DNA from: Azolla caroliniana
Taxonomy: Eukaryota; Plantae; Polypodiophyta
Assembly (NCBI GenBank): GCA_043228905.1
Contig: JBHGNT010000002.1
Coordinates: 4,650,001 to 4,714,000 of the forward strand
Length of the DNA stretch: 64,000 nt
Direction: 5' to 3'
Position numbers and translations under genes: made by a program. Of this stretch, positions 12,989-27,411 are shown piece by piece. The number at the start of each line of letters is the position of its first letter. The first letter of the stretch is position 1. The notes under the pieces were generated by a model. It did not search any database. It was not told where the DNA came from and saw only the letters and a list, made by a program, of their open reading frames with translations.

Positions 12989-13256
12989 TGACAGGAACAC
13001 ACGCTCCCGATGAACAACGCTCGGCCACAACCGAGCCTAGGATAAAACACAGAAAACGGATAATGAACGCACGACATAGTGAAGAGAAGAGTACACAGGA
13101 TGTTAACGTGGAAAACCCAAACTAGGGAAAAACCACAGCAGCCCACAGATTGCAAACTATCACTATATCAAAATGTACAAGAGTAGAGCCGAGGCAACGA
13201 CCTCGAGCTTGCTATCTTCGCCACAGGCGGCGGTTACAACAGAGGCAACGACCTCT

Positions 13257-13299
<43 letters not shown>

Positions 13300-13762
13300 C
13301 ACTGTTACACGCTCTAATCTTGCGCCAACAAGAATGACAACAACATCATATTCTAAGTTTGCCCTAAGTCATATTTATACTAATATGACTTTTCGGCTAT
13401 TTACAAATATATCCCCGATAAACTCTCAGAAAACATATTTACGAATATGTCCCTTCATCCGGTGAGCACTTCTCACCGGGTCTTCGCCATCCGGCTCTTG
13501 CCGGGTACTCGTCATCCGGTTCTCACCGGGTCTTCCGTTGTCGGGTACCCCACATCCAGTTCTCATCGGGTCTTCCGTTGCCGGGTACTCCACATCCGGT
13601 TCTCACCGGGTCTTCCGTTTCCGGGTACTCCTCATCCGGTTCTCACCGGGTCTTCCGTTGCCGGGTACTCCTCATCCGGTTCTCATCGGGTCTTCCGTTG
13701 CCGGGTACTCCTTATCCGGTTCTCACCGGGTCATCCCATCTGGAGGGACCTGTTTCCTAACA
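12989..13762 (-). mobile_element. Solo LTR (774 bp) of the Copia-2/3 family inserted in the Copia-0 3' LTR
   Basis: TSD TATAT on both sides; minus strand begins TGTTAGGAAACAGGTCCCTCCAGATGGGA like the Copia-2 LTR; the Copia-0 5' LTR shows the empty site. Confidence 0.9.
13516..13730. repeat. 40-bp tandem array inside the solo LTR (about 5 copies)
   Basis: Unit CCGGTTCTCACCGGGTCTTCCGTTGCCGGGTACTCCTCAT. Confidence 0.9.
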
Positions 13763-14090
13763 TATATACCGGTATTTGACACTCCCCCATAATGGGTGTA
13801 TACAACAAAAATCTACACTAAAAGGGGTAAACAAAAGAATACACATTTATACAAAGGTTGTTAGACAGATCAACCTTGTTCGAATTGGAAATATCCGGGA
13901 CGGAAGGGTTGAAGTTGAATCAACCAATTCGAGAGTACATCTAAGTCAGAGTGTTCGAAGTCAGGTCGTGTATGCTGATTGTCGAATTTCTAAAACATGT
14001 CTTCAGTGACCGACTCAACCAGACTTTTCGTTACGCCCATCTGGTGCTAAAGGGATCGAAATTGATTCATTGGAAGACACTTGGTCATCC

Positions 14091-14575
14091 CATTTGCGAC
14101 ATTATCAATTGTAGATATCTTCTCGAGGCCGTTTTCCCTGAAATGACGCAGTCCTGAACAAAGTGATATCTCATATCTATATGCTTTGAGGCGTTGTGCT
14201 GAACTGGATTTTTCGACAAAGTGACAACACCCTGACTTTCGCTATTGACAATTGGAGTTGAGTCAGAGATGATTTGTCGAAACGTGTGCGCCGGCTGACC
14301 GAGCCATAAGGCCTCTTTCACCCCCCTTTCGCCATTTGCGAATTATCAGTTGTAGATATCTTCTCGAGGCCGATTTTCCCTGAAATGACGCAGTCCTGAA
14401 CAAAGTGATATCTCATATCTATATGCTTTGAGGCGTTGTGCTGAACCGGATTTTTCGACAAAGTGACAACACCCTGACTTTCGCTATTGACAATTGGAGT
14501 TGAGTCGGAGATGATTTGTCGAAACATGTGCGCCGGCTGACCGAGCCATAAGGCCTCTTTCTCCCCCCTTTCGCC
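14091..14575. repeat. ~242-bp tandem duplication within the Copia-0 RNase H region
   Basis: 14091-14332 repeated at 14333-14575; both encode FRQIISDSTPIVNSESQGVVTLSKNPVQHNASKHIDMRYHF. Confidence 0.85.
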
Positions 14576-15423
14576 GCGTCAAATGCGGCTACATATTTAA
14601 CCTCAGTCGTTGACGTAACAGTGTAGTCCTAATGTTTCAACTTCGATGAGATTGCTCCATTGCCAAATTTGAAACATATCTGGTTGTTGACTTTCGACTG
14701 TCTATACAATTGTCGGTATAAACTGTTAGATATAATCAATGATCAGCCCCAAATTGTAAATCTATCCCCATATGTGCTCTTAGAGTGCACATTTTGTGAT
14801 AGCGCCCCAAATGAGGAGCGGCTAGTGTGCAACTCGACCATATGGGTCAATAAGGTGTTAATCTAGGAAACCGTAGATGTGTAGGACACAATGTATTTAG
14901 GAAAGAGAGAAATAGGTAATATGATTGGCTAATCAAGCCAACTAGAATATTTTGTGGGCAAGTTACGATGTACTTAGTCTTGAAGTATGCGTCATTGACT
15001 TCAAGATAAGTACTATCTAGCACTAGCCTGTACCTAGGGAGTTGATCATATTAAATGACAAGTCAGTTGACTGAAAAGGAATATCTCCACTACTATCAAC
15101 TAACTTGCACATTTAATGTTATACTTAGACCAAACATAGAAAGCAATCCACTTTCTTTTCACAGTGGTTGGCTTGATTATCGGTCCCCACTAATTTTGTA
15201 GTGAGCTTGTTCATATCCTATCTAAGCTCTAAGGTGTGAGTGCATAGGAAAACTAACATTGTGAGCTACTCTCATATGTAATAGAAGTTTTGTTTTCATA
15301 TATCCCATCTCTGTAGTTGTAACTCTATATACCTATCTAATCAATTCTCAATATTTCTAACATGGTATTAGAGCTGAGAGGTTGATCTAGATTAGGTATA
15401 TACGGGCAGTTGTTGTCTGGCAG

Positions 15424-15475
<52 letters not shown>

Positions 15476-18460
15476 GAGTATCAATGGCCTTGTCCACAAA
15501 TGTTGCAACTGCTCCACTGCGCATTCGCCCACCTCCATTGCCTGATGGAAAGCTAGATGGAACCAACTACACTCTATGCAAGTTCAAAACGTCTGCCATT
15601 TTGGACTCCTATGAGTTGTTGGAGACAATCATGGGACCCACAGGAGGAGACCCTGAGCCCATGACGACATTTGACCCTGCACACCCTACCACATCAATCC
15701 CTCCAAATGCTGATCTACTTCGAGCCTGGAAGAGAAGGAATGATGATGCGTTGTGTACCATAGTCATTGGTGTATGTGACTCTGTACTAACATTAGTGCA
15801 ACATACAACCAAGGCACATGAAGCTTGGAGCATATTGGCCAGCTAGTATGAGACCAGAAACTATACAAGGATACAAAACCTTGAAAATCAGCTTGTTGTA
15901 GAGAAGCTTGCCGATGGAGAGAAAGTAGAATCCTTTGTAAAAAGGATTAAGGATCTTCAAGATCGGTTGGCGGCTGTTGGAGTAGTCGTCTCTCAAGAGG
16001 ATATGGCTCGTTGGTGCATTCAAGTACTTCCTTTCAAGTATGATGGCATTGTGACAGCATTGAACACTCAGGTTTGACCCACTCCTTTAAAAATTCATGA
16101 ACTAAGTGCGATGCTGCTTGAAGAGGAGCTTCGGCTGAAGACAAGAGAAGGAAGGTAAGATTCGGCATTTGTCTCTAGGACTAAGGGTAAAGGGGCATCC
16201 AATTCAAACAATGCGAATAGGATACCAAAGAAGAAGTTCAATGGATCATGTTTCTATTGTGACAAGAAGGGTCACACAATCAAGGATTGTCGGAAGAAGA
16301 TGGTGGACGAGAAGAATGGTTCTAGTAAGACCTCTTGGAGAGAGCCCGAGTCCACCAACAACGTCGTAGATGAGCTTGAGTTATGGGTCGCAACTGAAGA
16401 AGTGTGTTCTTCAGTTGACACCCAAGTTGTCGACGACTCTTGGATTCTCGATAGTGGAGCGTCCCAACATATGACCAGTAATCGTGACTGGTATAGCTCT
16501 TGGACACCTCTACAAGAGCCCATCAATGTTGTGGTCGGGAACAATGCTCGATGTCCAGCCAAAGAAACCGGAACCGTCTCCCTCAAAGCAACGACCGGCG
16601 GGACAAAGCATCTCTCTCAAGTGTTGTACGTGCTAGATCTCAAGAAGAATCTATTGTCCATTTCTGCATTCACCGACAAGGGTCTTGATGTTCGATTCAA
16701 GAAGTCAAGTGCAGAAATAATAGATTCTGCTAGCAAGGTTGTAGGAATAGGGGTAAGGCGCAACAATCTCTATGAGCTGAGTGCACTTAACATTTCTACT
16801 GACCACATCACAAGTACTAACACAAAGCAATGGCATGAGATATTTGGGCATCTCAATGTTGTTGTGTTGAAGGAGATGAAGAAGTCGAATATGGTAGTTG
16901 GGTTGCCAACCCTATCTGACTTAAATCATGTTTGTGATGCTTGTATGATGGGCAAGCATCAAAGATCAATTATTCCAAAAGAAAGTCAAAATCGGACAAA
17001 GACTCTTCTACAACTAATACACATCGACCTCTCTGGAAAAATGGTGACTCCTGCAATGGGTGGATCTCTCTACTATATGCTGCTAATTGACGACTTCAGT
17101 AGAAAGATGTGGGTTTACTTCCTTCGGGAGAAGGCGAAAACTTTTAAAATCTTCAAAAGATGGCATAAGTTTGTTGAGCGAGAGTCCGGAAAGTTAGTGA
17201 AGGAGTTACGCTCTGATCGAGGTGGAGAATTCTTATCAATAGAATTCTGTGAGTATTGCAAAGAGCATGGAATTAAGTGCCAACTTACAACTGCCTACAC
17301 CCCACAACAAAATGGTGTTGTCGAACGTCGAAACCGAACAGTTGTTGAGATGGCTAGGTGTATGTTGAAGACACAAGCGTTGCCTGACCCATTCTGGGCT
17401 GAAGCAGTGAATACAATAGTTTACATCCTCAATCGGAGCTACACAAAGGCACTTCAAGGGAAAACATCCCATGAAGCTTATTCAGGCAAGAAACCTTTAG
17501 TGCTGCACTTCAAAACCTTTAGGTGTACGTGCTATGCACATGTTCCAGATGTGAGCAGAAAGAAGTTGGATGTTAAAAGCAAGAAGTGTATCTTTCTCGG
17601 ATATAGTGAAGAGTCAAAGGCCTCTCGACTCTACGATCTAGAGGCAAGAAAGATATTGACAAGCCGCGATGTGGTGTTTGATGAAGAACAACCACAACTA
17701 GTTGAGAACAACGATTCTCAAGTTATCTCATCAATTGAAGAGGTATTTTACCCAATCCCGACCCATTGTCCAGAAAAGGAAGCTGAATCCTCTGATGGTA
17801 ATGGCTCACTAGTTCAGCCTATGCCAGTCCCACATGTAAAGAAAATACCTAAGTGGGCTCAACAACTCTTCAATGATCGTACTCCTAAAGTTGAGTTTCC
17901 TGAAACTTCAACCGATGGATTACGAAGATCAAGAAGAATACAGGAGCAAGGGAGAACCTCTGACCACATTGTCAACATGGCTCTGATGGTGGACATCATC
18001 GGCTCAGTGAGTGAGCCGACCTCGGTGGAGGAAGCCATGGCCAACCTGAAGTGGAAAGAGGCGATGATATCATAATATGATAGCATCATGAAAAATGACA
18101 CATGGGAGTTGGTAGAGAGGCCAACAAAGAAGAAGGTGATAGGCACGAAGTGGGTGTGGAAATTAAAATATAAAGCTGATGGTTCTTTGGAGAAATTCAA
18201 GGCCAGGCTAGTAGCCCAAGGATACTCCCAAATTGAAGGGTTTGATGTACAAGAAACATTTGCCCCGACAACTCGTATGACAACAATTCGAATGGTCATA
18301 GCGTTGGCCGCTTCAAGAGGATGGCCGCTTCACCAAATGGATGTCAAATCAGCATTTCTAAATGGGCATTTCAAGGAGGAGGTATATGTTGGGAGACAGG
18401 TCCCTCCGGATGGGAAGGGAGAAGAACAGTGCTGATGAGCAAACTTGGCCAAGGCCGAAA

Positions 18461-18672
18461 CCGGATGAGGAGTACCCGGCCTCGGAGAGCCGGATGGTGC
18501 AGACCCGGTGAGAACCGGATGAGGAGTACCCGGCTTCGGAGAGCCGGATGGTGCAGACCCGGTGAGAACCGGATGAGGAGTACCCGGCTACGGAGAGCCG
18601 GATGGTGCAGACCCGGTGAGAACCGGATGAGGAGTACCTGGCTACAGAGAGCCGGATGGTGCAGACCCGGTG
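18461..18672. repeat. 54-bp tandem array in the Copia-2 5' LTR (4 copies; 2 copies in the 3' LTR from 23339)
   Basis: Unit CCGGATGAGGAGTACCCGGCTTCGGAGAGCCGGATGGTGCAGACCCGGTGAGAA starting at 18461, 18515, 18569, 18623. Confidence 0.92.
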
Positions 18673-18848
18673 AGGAGTGCTCACCAGATGAAGAGACATA
18701 TTCGTAAATATGCATCTGAGAGCCCATCGTGGCTATATTTGTAAATAGCCGAAAAGTCATATTAGTATAAATATGACTTAGGGAAATTTTTTTAGTGTGA
18801 GTCGTTGTCATTCTTGTTGGTGCAAGGAGAGAGAGGCGCGTAACAGTG

Positions 18849-18887
<39 letters not shown>

Positions 18888-19186
18888 GTCGTTGCCTCTG
18901 TTGTAACCGCCGCCTGTGGCGAAGATCGTGAGCACGAGGTCGTTGCCTCCGTGAACTCACTGTTGTACATTCTAACATAGTGATAGTTTGCAGCCTGTGG
19001 GCTGCCGTGGTTTTTCCCTTAGTTTGGGTTTTCCACGTAAACATCCTGTGTACTCTTCTCTTCTTCGTGTCGTGCATTCTTTCACCGTTTTTCTGTGTAT
19101 GATTCTAAGCTCGGTTGTGGCTGAGCATTGCGCATAGGGGACGTAGAGTTCCTGTCAAGTCGTATCAGAGTGAAACGACACAGAAA

Positions 19187-22100
19187 ATGGACGACTCGTT
19201 GGGAGGCATGTTCAAGCTCACCGGCTCCAACTATTCGGTGTGGAAGTCGAAGATGAGGGACATGCTCGTGGTTAAAGATCTTTGGTTGCCGGTTCAGTTT
19301 GGGGACAAGAGACTGGACAAAATCGACGCCACGATATGGGAGGTGATGCACATGAAGACAACGACGTACATACGGTGCTTCATCGACATGAGCCTATACA
19401 ACAACTTCAATGAAGAGAGCAAGGCTCATGAGCTCTGGGAGAAGATCGGCATTATGTTTCAAAACAAAAATGTTGTTAACCAGGTTTCGGTATTCCGGAA
19501 GCTAGTAAGACTCCGGTACCAAGATGGCTCCAGCATGGCAGAGCACATGAATGCCTTCCAGGGGCTAATCCACCAGGCAACATCATTGGAAGTACCTCTC
19601 GCCGATGAGGTACTAGGCTCTAGCGCTACTCCTGCGCGGTTCCCTCCCGGATAGCTGGGAGATGTTGGTTGTCACTTTGGGCAACGCCGGGCCGGAAGGG
19701 AAACGGTTATCCCTAGCAAGAGTGAAGTTGAGCTTGCTAGATGAGGAGGCGCATCGGAAAGATAAGGATACGAGCTCCGACTCCAAAGCACTCCTTACCG
19801 AATCGGAACGCGGAAGACAAAGGAACCGTAGCCCCCAAAACCGGGAAAAGTCGGGGACGCGGTCAAAGTCAAGGGGGAGGCCTACTTGCTTCTATTGCGC
19901 CAAGCCGGGACACTTCCAAAAGAACTGTCGGCATTTCTGTAAAGACAAGGAAACCGACGGCACCGATTCGAAGCGGACACCGGACCGGAACGGTAAAGAC
20001 CGTAGGGGACCGAACCGGAAGGGAATGACGGCAATCGCGGCAAGTGAAGAAGAGTTGATGCTAATCACCGAGGAGAGTGAGATAAACCTTGCCGGTGACG
20101 AGATGACCTGGGTGGTCGACTCCGGAGCATCGTTCCACCTTACCCCGGACCGAAAATGTTTCTCATCCTACTCAACCGGTGATCACGGCTGTGTCCGGAT
20201 GGGGAATGAAGGTACATGCTGAATTGTCGGCATAGGAGACGTGTGGCTGACAACACCAACCGGATGCAAGATGCTGCTAAAGGATGCCCGACATGTTCCG
20301 GAGGTTCGTCTGAACCTGATATCAACCGGTCGGCTAGATGATGAAGGCTACACGGGTAGCATCCGAAACGGTGTTATGAAGTTCAACAAGGGGAGCCTGA
20401 TCGTGGCTCGGGCCCGGAAGGTCAACACACTCTACCTGATGAATGCCCGGTTATGTCCGGAGGAAGTGAACGTGGCATCCGACACTGCCGGTGAGCTGTG
20501 GCACAAGAGGCTATGTAACATGAGCGAGAAGGGGATGAAGAGGCTTGCAGAAGACAACCTCATTCCAGTGAAGAACGTGCACTTGGAGAAGTGCACTGAT
20601 TGTCTGGCCGGTAAGCAAAACTGGACCTCCTTCCGACCAAGGCCACCGGTGAGACGTAATGCACCACTGGAGTTGGTGCATATTGATGTGTGTCAAGTAG
20701 ACACGAAGTCACATGCAGGATCACAGTACTTCGTGACGTTCATAGATGACCACGGCCGGAAGTTGTGGGCCACACCGTTTAAGATGAAGGATCAGGTGTT
20801 ATCCGTCTTCAAAGACCTCCACGCGAGAGTGGAAAGAGAAACCGGCCGGAAGCTGAAGGCGGTTCGAGCAGATAACGGAGGTGAATACCGGGGGCAGTTC
20901 GAGGAGTACTGTCGCTCGAAGGGAATCCGGCTCGAATTTACCGTGCCGAAGACGTCGGAACTAAACGGGCTAGCCGAGAGGATGAACCGGACCATAATGG
21001 AGAGGGTCCGGAGTATGCTAGCGCATGCAAAACTACCCAAGAAGTTTTGGGTTGAGGCACTGTCGATGGCGACATATGTGATAAACAGATCACCCTCAGC
21101 ACTCTTGGACAGAGACACGCCACAGAGAGTATGGACCGGTAAGGAAGTGTCCTACCGGCATCTGAAGGTATTCGGGTGTCTCGCGTACGTGCATGTAGCT
21201 AAGGACCGGAGAGGAAAGTTAGATCCAAAGACCCGGCCATGCATATTCCTCGGTTACGGCGATGATGAGTTCGGCTACCGAGTGTGGGACTTGGTCGACA
21301 AGAAGGTATTCCGGAGTCGAGATATTATCTTCATTGAGGACAAGACGCTCGCCGACTGGGAGTCGGAGAAGAAGATAATGAACTCCGAGTCGACCGGTAA
21401 GGATCGATTCTACGATGAACAGACCCAACCGGCAAGAGATCGGTTAGCACTCGAGGAACCAGCCGGTTACGGTGAGGATACAGAACCGGCAGAAGAAGAA
21501 GTAGAGGAAGCCGAAACCGGGACCGGACAAGACCCCGAATGGGATTCGGATGAAGAGAAAATGGAGGAGCCGGTTACTGAAGCCCAAAGACGGAGATATC
21601 CTCTCAGAGAGAGAAGGGCCCCCCGGAGATTTCCGGATGCAGAGCATGTGCTGTTAACCGATGAGGGGGAGCCAGAAAGCTTCGAAGAAGCGAAGGATGA
21701 CACCCACAGCCGAAAATGGTTAAGTGCCATGCAGGACGAGATGGATTCCCTGCATGAGAACCATACGTACGAATTGGTGGAGTTGCCGAAAGGAAAGCGA
21801 GCACTCCGAAATAAGTGGGTCTACAAGTTGAAACCGGGAGATGTTGGCAACCCCCCGAGATACAAAGCCAGGATCGTGGTGAAGGGGTTCCAACAGAAGA
21901 AGGGTGTGGACTTCGACGAGATATTTGCCCCGGTAGTAAAGATGACCTCCATCCGAACGGAGCTGAGTATAGCGGCAAGCATGGACCTCGAGGTAGAGTA
22001 GCTGGACGTGAAGACGGCATTCCTTCATGGCGACCTCGAAGAGGAGATCTACATGCAGCAACCGGAAGGATTCATGGAGAAAGGGAAGGAGCACCTGGTA

Positions 22101-23240
22101 TGCCGGTTGAAGAAGAGCTTGTACGGACTGAAGCAGGCTCCCCGGCAATGGTACCGGAAGATTGACTCCTTCATGACCGATCAAGGGCACCACAAGACGC
22201 AGGCCGATCACTGCGTATTTGTGAAGAAGTTCGAAGGAGGCGACTTCCTGATACTCCTTCTGTACGTGGACGACATGTTGATTGTCGGACGGGACCAAGC
22301 CAAAATACGGATGCTGAAGAAGGCTCTCAACCGGACCTTCTCAATGAAAGACTTGGGTCCGGCAAGACAGATGTTGGGGATGCATATTATCCGGAACCGG
22401 TCAACGAAACAATTGTGGCTGTCACAGGAGAAGTACGTGACAAAGGTGCTTCACTGGTTCAACATGTCAGATGCGAAACCGGTCGGATCGACACTCCCGG
22501 CAAACTGCAAGTTATCCGGTAAGCAAAGTCTGAAGACGAAAGCAGAGAAGGCTGATATGACGAAGGTTCCATATGCCTCTGCCGTCGGGAGCTTAATGTA
22601 CGCAATGGTGTGTACCCGACCGGACATAGGATACGCAGTCGGAGTGGTGAGCCGGTTCATGAGCAATCCCGGCAAGGAGCACTGGAATGCGGTCAAATGG
22701 ATACTCCTGTACTTGAAGGGCACTTCGAATATGTGTCTCCGATTCGGCTCCGGAAAACCTCAACTTGACGGTTTTACCGATTCGAACATGTCGGCTGATG
22801 TGGATACTAGCTGGTCTACATCCGGGTATGTAATGACATATGCAGGGGGAGCTGTTTCGTGGCAGTTGAGGCTGCAGAAGATGGTTGCGTTGTCAACCAC
22901 GAAGGCGGAGTACATGGCGGCTGTGGAAGCCGGCAAAGAAATATTATGGATGAAGGACTTCATCGGAGAGCTCGGTATCCGGCAAGATGCATATCGGCTC
23001 TATTGCGACAGTCAAAGTGCCATCCACCTTGCTAAGAATCCAGCCTACCATTCCCGGACGAAGCATATCCAGCGAAGGTATCATTGGATCCGGGAAAGAG
23101 TAGATGACCAGGAGTTTGCGCTGACGAAGATCCACACGGCCGAGAACGGGTCAGATATGCTGACCAAAGTGTTGATACCTATCAAGCTGGATGCATGCTG
23201 GAAGCGGATCGGACTAGTAAGACACCCCATGCCGGAGTGA
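19187..23240 (+). pseudogene. Copia-2 gag-pol with one frameshift and in-frame stops
   Basis: Colinear with the Copia-3 polyprotein; frameshift near 19620, stops at 20220 and 21999. Confidence 0.9.
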
Positions 23241-24268
23241 AGGGGGAGTTTGTTGGGAGACAGGTCCCTCCGGATGGGAAGGGAGAAGAACAATGCTGAT
23301 GAGCAAACTTGGCTGAGGTCGATAGGCGGAGGCCGAAACCGGATGAGGAGTACCCGGCTTCGGAGAGCCGGATGGTGCAGACCCGGTGAGAACCGGATGA
23401 GGAGTACCTGGCTACGGAGAGCCGGATGGTGCAGACCCGGTGAGGAGTGCTCACCGGATGAAGAGACATATTCGTAAATATGCATCTGAGAGCCCATCGT
23501 GGCTATATTTGTAAATAGCCGAAAAGTCATATTAGTATAAATATGACTTAGGGCAAATTTTTTAGTGTGAGTTGTTGTCATTCTTGTTGGTGCAAGGAGA
23601 GAGAGGCACGTTGTCGTGAAGAAAACCGTCCACAAGCGGAATCGGTGCACCGGAGCGTAGGAACCGGCTCTTCATGCACGTACACCTTATGTAGTACATA
23701 AGAGAGAATTAGGTACATATAAGATCCTAGGTAGGTAGATTCGGTAGGTAGGAAGTTAATGGGGAACGGCTCCTTTCTTGCCTATAAAAGGAGGGAGACG
23801 AGGAGGACGTGAAAAAGGGGGGGGATCGCGGTTAGAGAGGACGAAGTGTTGTCGGGTTGTCGGCCGAAGGCTTCTCTCTCTTCCATACTCCGTAGCTTCT
23901 TCCTGTGCAGGTTTTCGGGAGGCTCGCGCTGCTCTGAGGATTGCCCGAGTGCTTTCAGCAGCACCTCCAACCTACTCCTTTCTTTCTGAGCGTTTACGAA
24001 CAGGCATCGACATCTGTTCGCCGGCCTGTTCGGTTGTAACCGACTTCGTGCTTCTTGTTGTTTGTCCTTGTTAATATATATATACATACATTCGTGTCTC
24101 TCTGCGTCGGTGTCCCACTCACGTCATTGTGTCGAAGGGCCGTGTCCCTGTGAATCTACGCCCACACATAGTGGGTCCCTTCCCTTCTCCTTTGTCTCTT
24201 GCTCTTCGGTACAAGACCCCCGAGGCCCCGCCTCATTCCACGCATCCGCGAGGAATACCTCGACATCT

Positions 24269-24286
24269 TGGTGAACCCGACGTGAA
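24269..24286 (+). promoter_or_regulatory. Primer-binding site for tRNA-Trp (Gypsy-A)
   Basis: TGGTGAACCCGACGTGAA is the reverse complement of the plant cytosolic tRNA-Trp 3' end (...TTCACGTCGGGTTCACCA, recalled). Confidence 0.85.
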
Positions 24287-24308
24287 GGAGGCGGCAGAAG
24301 AGCAGAAG

Positions 24309-26435
24309 ATGAAGGGGTCGGATCTTGCGGAGGCCATGGCTTCGGCCGTGGATCGGATATTGAGCGCACGCGAGGGCCCCGGCGCCCTCGACAGAGCCAT
24401 TGAGGTGGTCGTCGGTACGATCGGCCGGTTCAGCGGAAAGGATGCCACGAAGTATTTGGCGTCCTACGGGGCAGAAATGCTAATGCGGGACATTCCGGAA
24501 GAGAGGCGTCTTGCCGGGTTCCCTCGAGTGGCGATGCCGAGCATCCATGCGGAGGTGCTCGAGGTACGGGCGGAGAGCCGTACCTGGGAGGAGTTGGAAG
24601 GCCGACACGTAGAAAAATACGGGTTGGACGACGCGCTCCGACTTTCGAAACGGGACTTCATGGAATGGGTGGAGTCCCCCGGCAAGGGAAGAAACGCGTC
24701 GGCACTCCTCCGGGAGTTTGAGGAACGCTTTGCGCGCCTTTCGGCGCTTGACCGAACCGTTCTGGATACGAGCCGGGTCCTACTGTTCGTCAAGTCGGTG
24801 GACGAGCGGGACCGGGATCAAGTCGGCTCCTTGCTGGAAACCGAAGACGGGCTGACGACCGACTGGGCTGCGGTTAAGAGAGTCTGTGGCTGTTTCGACA
24901 AACGGCGAGAATGGGCTGATAATGGGGCGGCCGGTGCAGGCTCTGTCACAGCAAGGAGGCTTGAACCGGCACCGCAAGGGCGAAGGGAAGAGACCCGGGA
25001 GTGGCTCGAAACTGGTTCGGCTTCGACCGGCATGGTCAATGGCTCGTTCGGAGGAGCAGCGCTAGAGGAGTTGACGCGGGCGATAAAGGATCTCCAGATC
25101 GCCCAGGCTCGAAGGGAAGGCGGCGAACCGGCTCGTGACCGACGGCCGGCAGCAGGGAACAGGTGCATGTGGTGCGACGAGGTCGGCCACATCCGGAAGG
25201 ACTGCGGCGATTTCGCAGAGGCGTTGAGGAATCGGGTGGTGTACCTGTGGGAAGGCCGGGTGCACGCCAGCGACACCAGAAGGGCCCTAAACCGAAATGA
25301 CGGGCGAGGAGGTATGAAGAGACTGATGGAAGAGGCAGCGGCCTGACACGTGGAGGCCATCCACTACTCGGCGTCGGCCGGCATTCGGGTCAGGGGTAGC
25401 GAGGCCCGAAAGGAGAGCAAAGACGGATTCTGGTCGGCAATGCTGGAAGGCCTCGCCGGCGCACGACTGAGGAAAGATGAAGCGGACCGCGCTGAGAGAT
25501 GGGTCCGGGAAATAACCGGGTGGAGCAACCCGGGCGAGGAGAAGACGGGCTTCGTAGAAGCCGCCTGCCGGAACTACGAGGCTCTGGTAGAAGACAAGCG
25601 AGTGGGGAAAGCCGGAGCGGCCAGGCCCTCGCAACGATACGACACCCGATTCGGGCAACGACGGAACGAAGCCGGTGGGTCCAGCGCGCAAGATAACCCC
25701 AGGAAGGGCGGATACCGACTGGGGACGGAAATAGAAAGGACCACAGACCTACGAAAGGTCCTAGAAGAACGGATCCTCGACATCAAAGTGGAGCTGTCAT
25801 TGCGGGAGGTGCTAGGGATCGCCAAGAAGGAGTTCCACGACTCCATTGTGGACTTGGTAAAGCGGAAGAGGCTGTCGACGGAGACAGAACCGGAAGGACC
25901 GGTGGAGGTGCGGACGACGCACATCGACGACATGGCACTGGAAGATGAGTGGGCGGAGAGCCACTATTCGAGGCCACACTAGGCCCGAGCGACCACGGAG
26001 ACCCCGGTGAAGATCAGAGATGTTCAGGAGCCAGTGGTGGCACTGGTGGACCACGGTTCGGAAATAAACCTGATGTCCATGGACTTCTATAAGAAGGGAA
26101 AGTGGCCGATCAACACCAACCACGGGTGGAAGATACGGGCGGCGACGCGCGCCACTGAGGAACTGCACGGGGCCTGCCCGAACGTGCGAGTCAAGATCGG
26201 CGACGTTGAGATTGACCAGCACTTCTTCGTGCAGGAGACGTCCTCGCACCCGGTCATATTAGGGGAACCATACATCACGGCGGCGCGGATGGAGACCAAG
26301 GTGCTAGACAACGGTTCGGCCTACGCGAGGGTCAAAAGCCAGGACGGGCGCCATTCGGTCCAATTTCTGACGGTGCGACCGAACCACGAGCGAAACCGCG
26401 AATCCCTCGGTGGCGAGAACCGGGAGGATTTTTAG
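24309..26435 (+). pseudogene. Gypsy-A ORF1 gag-protease with two premature stops
   Basis: CMWCDEVGHIRKDC knuckle and ALVDHGSEINLM; stops at 25344 and 25980; colinear with Gypsy-B ORF1. Confidence 0.88.
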
Positions 26436-26614
26436 AGAGGGCTGCCAAGGCGTGGGGCCGAGACAGTCCGGAAACTTGGGAAAGACCCCACAGTTGTACG
26501 ATAGAACCGAAACCGAAGAAACCTTGTACGATAGGTAGAATTTTTTTTTTCTCCAACGACGGTGGGTGTATGATAGTCGGTGTTGGGATTTACGGTCCCT
26601 CCGGATGGGATGTC

Positions 26615-26883
26615 CGGAGCCGGATGATGAAGACCCCGGTTACGGAGCCGGATGATGAAGACCCCGGTTACGGAGCCGGATGATGAAGACCCCGGTTACG
26701 GAGCCGGATGAGGAAGACCCCGGTTACGGAGCCGGATGAGGAAGACCCCGGTTACGGAGCCGGATGATGAAGACCCCGGTTACGGAGCCGGATGAGGAAG
26801 ACCCCGGTTACGGAGCCGGATGAGGAAGACCCCGGTTACGGAGCCGGATGACGAAGACCCCGGTTACGGAGCCGGATGACGAA
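26615..26883. repeat. 28-bp tandem array in the Copia-3 5' LTR (9 copies plus a partial; 7 plus a partial in the 3' LTR from 31530)
   Basis: Unit CGGAGCCGGATGA(T/G/C)GAAGACCCCGGTTA. Confidence 0.93.
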
Positions 26884-27411
26884 TGTACCCGGAGAGAGAT
26901 CCGGATGCGGAGACATATTTGTGAATATGTTTGCCAAGAGCCCTTGAGGCTATATTTGTAAATAGCCCGAAAGTCATATGTGTATAAATATGACTTAGGG
27001 CAAACAGTTTTAATGTTGCTTATCATTTTTCTGTTTTTCCACTCTAGAGGAGTGAAGAGAGAGCAGCCGTGAGAGAGAGAGAGAGAGAGGGATAGAGCGT
27101 GAGAGAGGAAGAGGTCGAAGCCTCTGTGTATTTCCGCCTCCTGTGGCGAGGACAGCGAGCTCAAGGTCGTCGCCTTGCAGCTCACCATTGTATACTTCTC
27201 TGTATAGTGTTGGTTTGGAGTCTTGTACTCCCGTGGTTTTTCCCGTCTAGGGTTTTCCACGTTAATCCCTGTGTGTTCGCGTTTTGTTTCTCTTTGTGGT
27301 TCCTATTTTCTGCTGCATCGATTCGCGCTTACTCGGTTGTGGCCGAGGGAAGAAGGTTAATCGTGTGGTTGATTCCTAACAAACTGGTATCAGAGCGAAC
27401 TGCTGTAGAAA

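Noticed and set aside
26540-26551. T10 run in Gypsy-A as the frameshift site or an insertion scar
   Set aside because: It lies downstream of the ORF1 stop, keeps the -1 frame open and is absent from Gypsy-B
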